Part shown: in pieces, positions 44,310 to 44,457 of the stretch
Layout of the letters: each line of letters starts with the position of its first letter
Position numbering within the stretch: the stretch's first letter is position 1
Origin: a virus
Direction: 5' to 3' (one strand)
Length of the DNA: 44,457 nucleotides
IMG/VR virus record: IMGVR_UViG_3300017922_000005
Span: 1-44,457 of that record
Translations under genes and position numbers: made by a program
The notes under the pieces: generated by a model
What the model was told of the DNA's origin: nothing
Database searches by the model: none
Seen by the model: the letters and a program-made list of their open reading frames with translations, nothing else

Positions 44310-44457
44310 ATGATGGTTTTATATACGGTTGGGTCAAAGGCTAACGTTGGTTATGTACAGGTACTACATGAACCGGGTGACAGTTGTGACTATTACGGTA
44401 CACTTATATCTGCATCAAATAAATATTGTCTATTTGTAAATACAAAAAATCCTTCCA
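44310..44457 (+). CDS. Partial ORF running off the right edge
   Basis: GAGGT RBS, ATG, open to the end of the window. Confidence 0.55.
   Translation, partial: MMVLYTVGSKANVGYVQVLHEPGDSCDYYGTLISASNKYCLFVNTKNPS

Noticed and set aside
1-44457. Integrase, att site or flanking host genes (provirus)
   Set aside because: No recombinase motifs or cellular housekeeping genes were recognised; primase and helicase are also absent, presumably beyond the window edge

Overview
About 44.5 kb of a tailed archaeal virus genome (Caudoviricetes, siphovirus type, no tail-sheath gene seen), cut at both window edges. There are two divergent arms. The leftward (-) arm, about 1-17.6 kb, carries small early genes, a GHKL ATPase-zincin fusion, a DUF932-like gene and a replication/recombination module (Hjc-like resolvase, RPA-like SSB, AAA_24/Sak4-like ATPase, PolB with an HTDS motif). 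The rightward (+) arm, about 18.8-44.4 kb, carries a thymidylate-synthase-like gene and a MazG-like gene. These are followed by terminase, portal, a HipA/PI3K-like kinase protein, protease, HK97-type capsid, LamG proteins and a non-contractile tail with a -1 frameshift chaperone. The capsid and portal resemble, from recall only, the magrovirus/HGTV-1-like group. Main result: TAG appears to be a sense codon. None of the roughly 65 well-supported genes I checked ends in TAG. At least three genes, and a weaker fourth, read straight through an in-frame TAG, including one inside the conserved ATP-binding fold of the GHKL ATPase. This fits a virus of a pyrrolysine-decoding methanogen. Second result: the first early genes (16.7-17.8 kb) are almost free of the TA dinucleotide and are tiled with abutting hairpins, next to an AT-rich, repeat-rich divergent control region. 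All product calls come from motif recognition by eye; no database searches were run.
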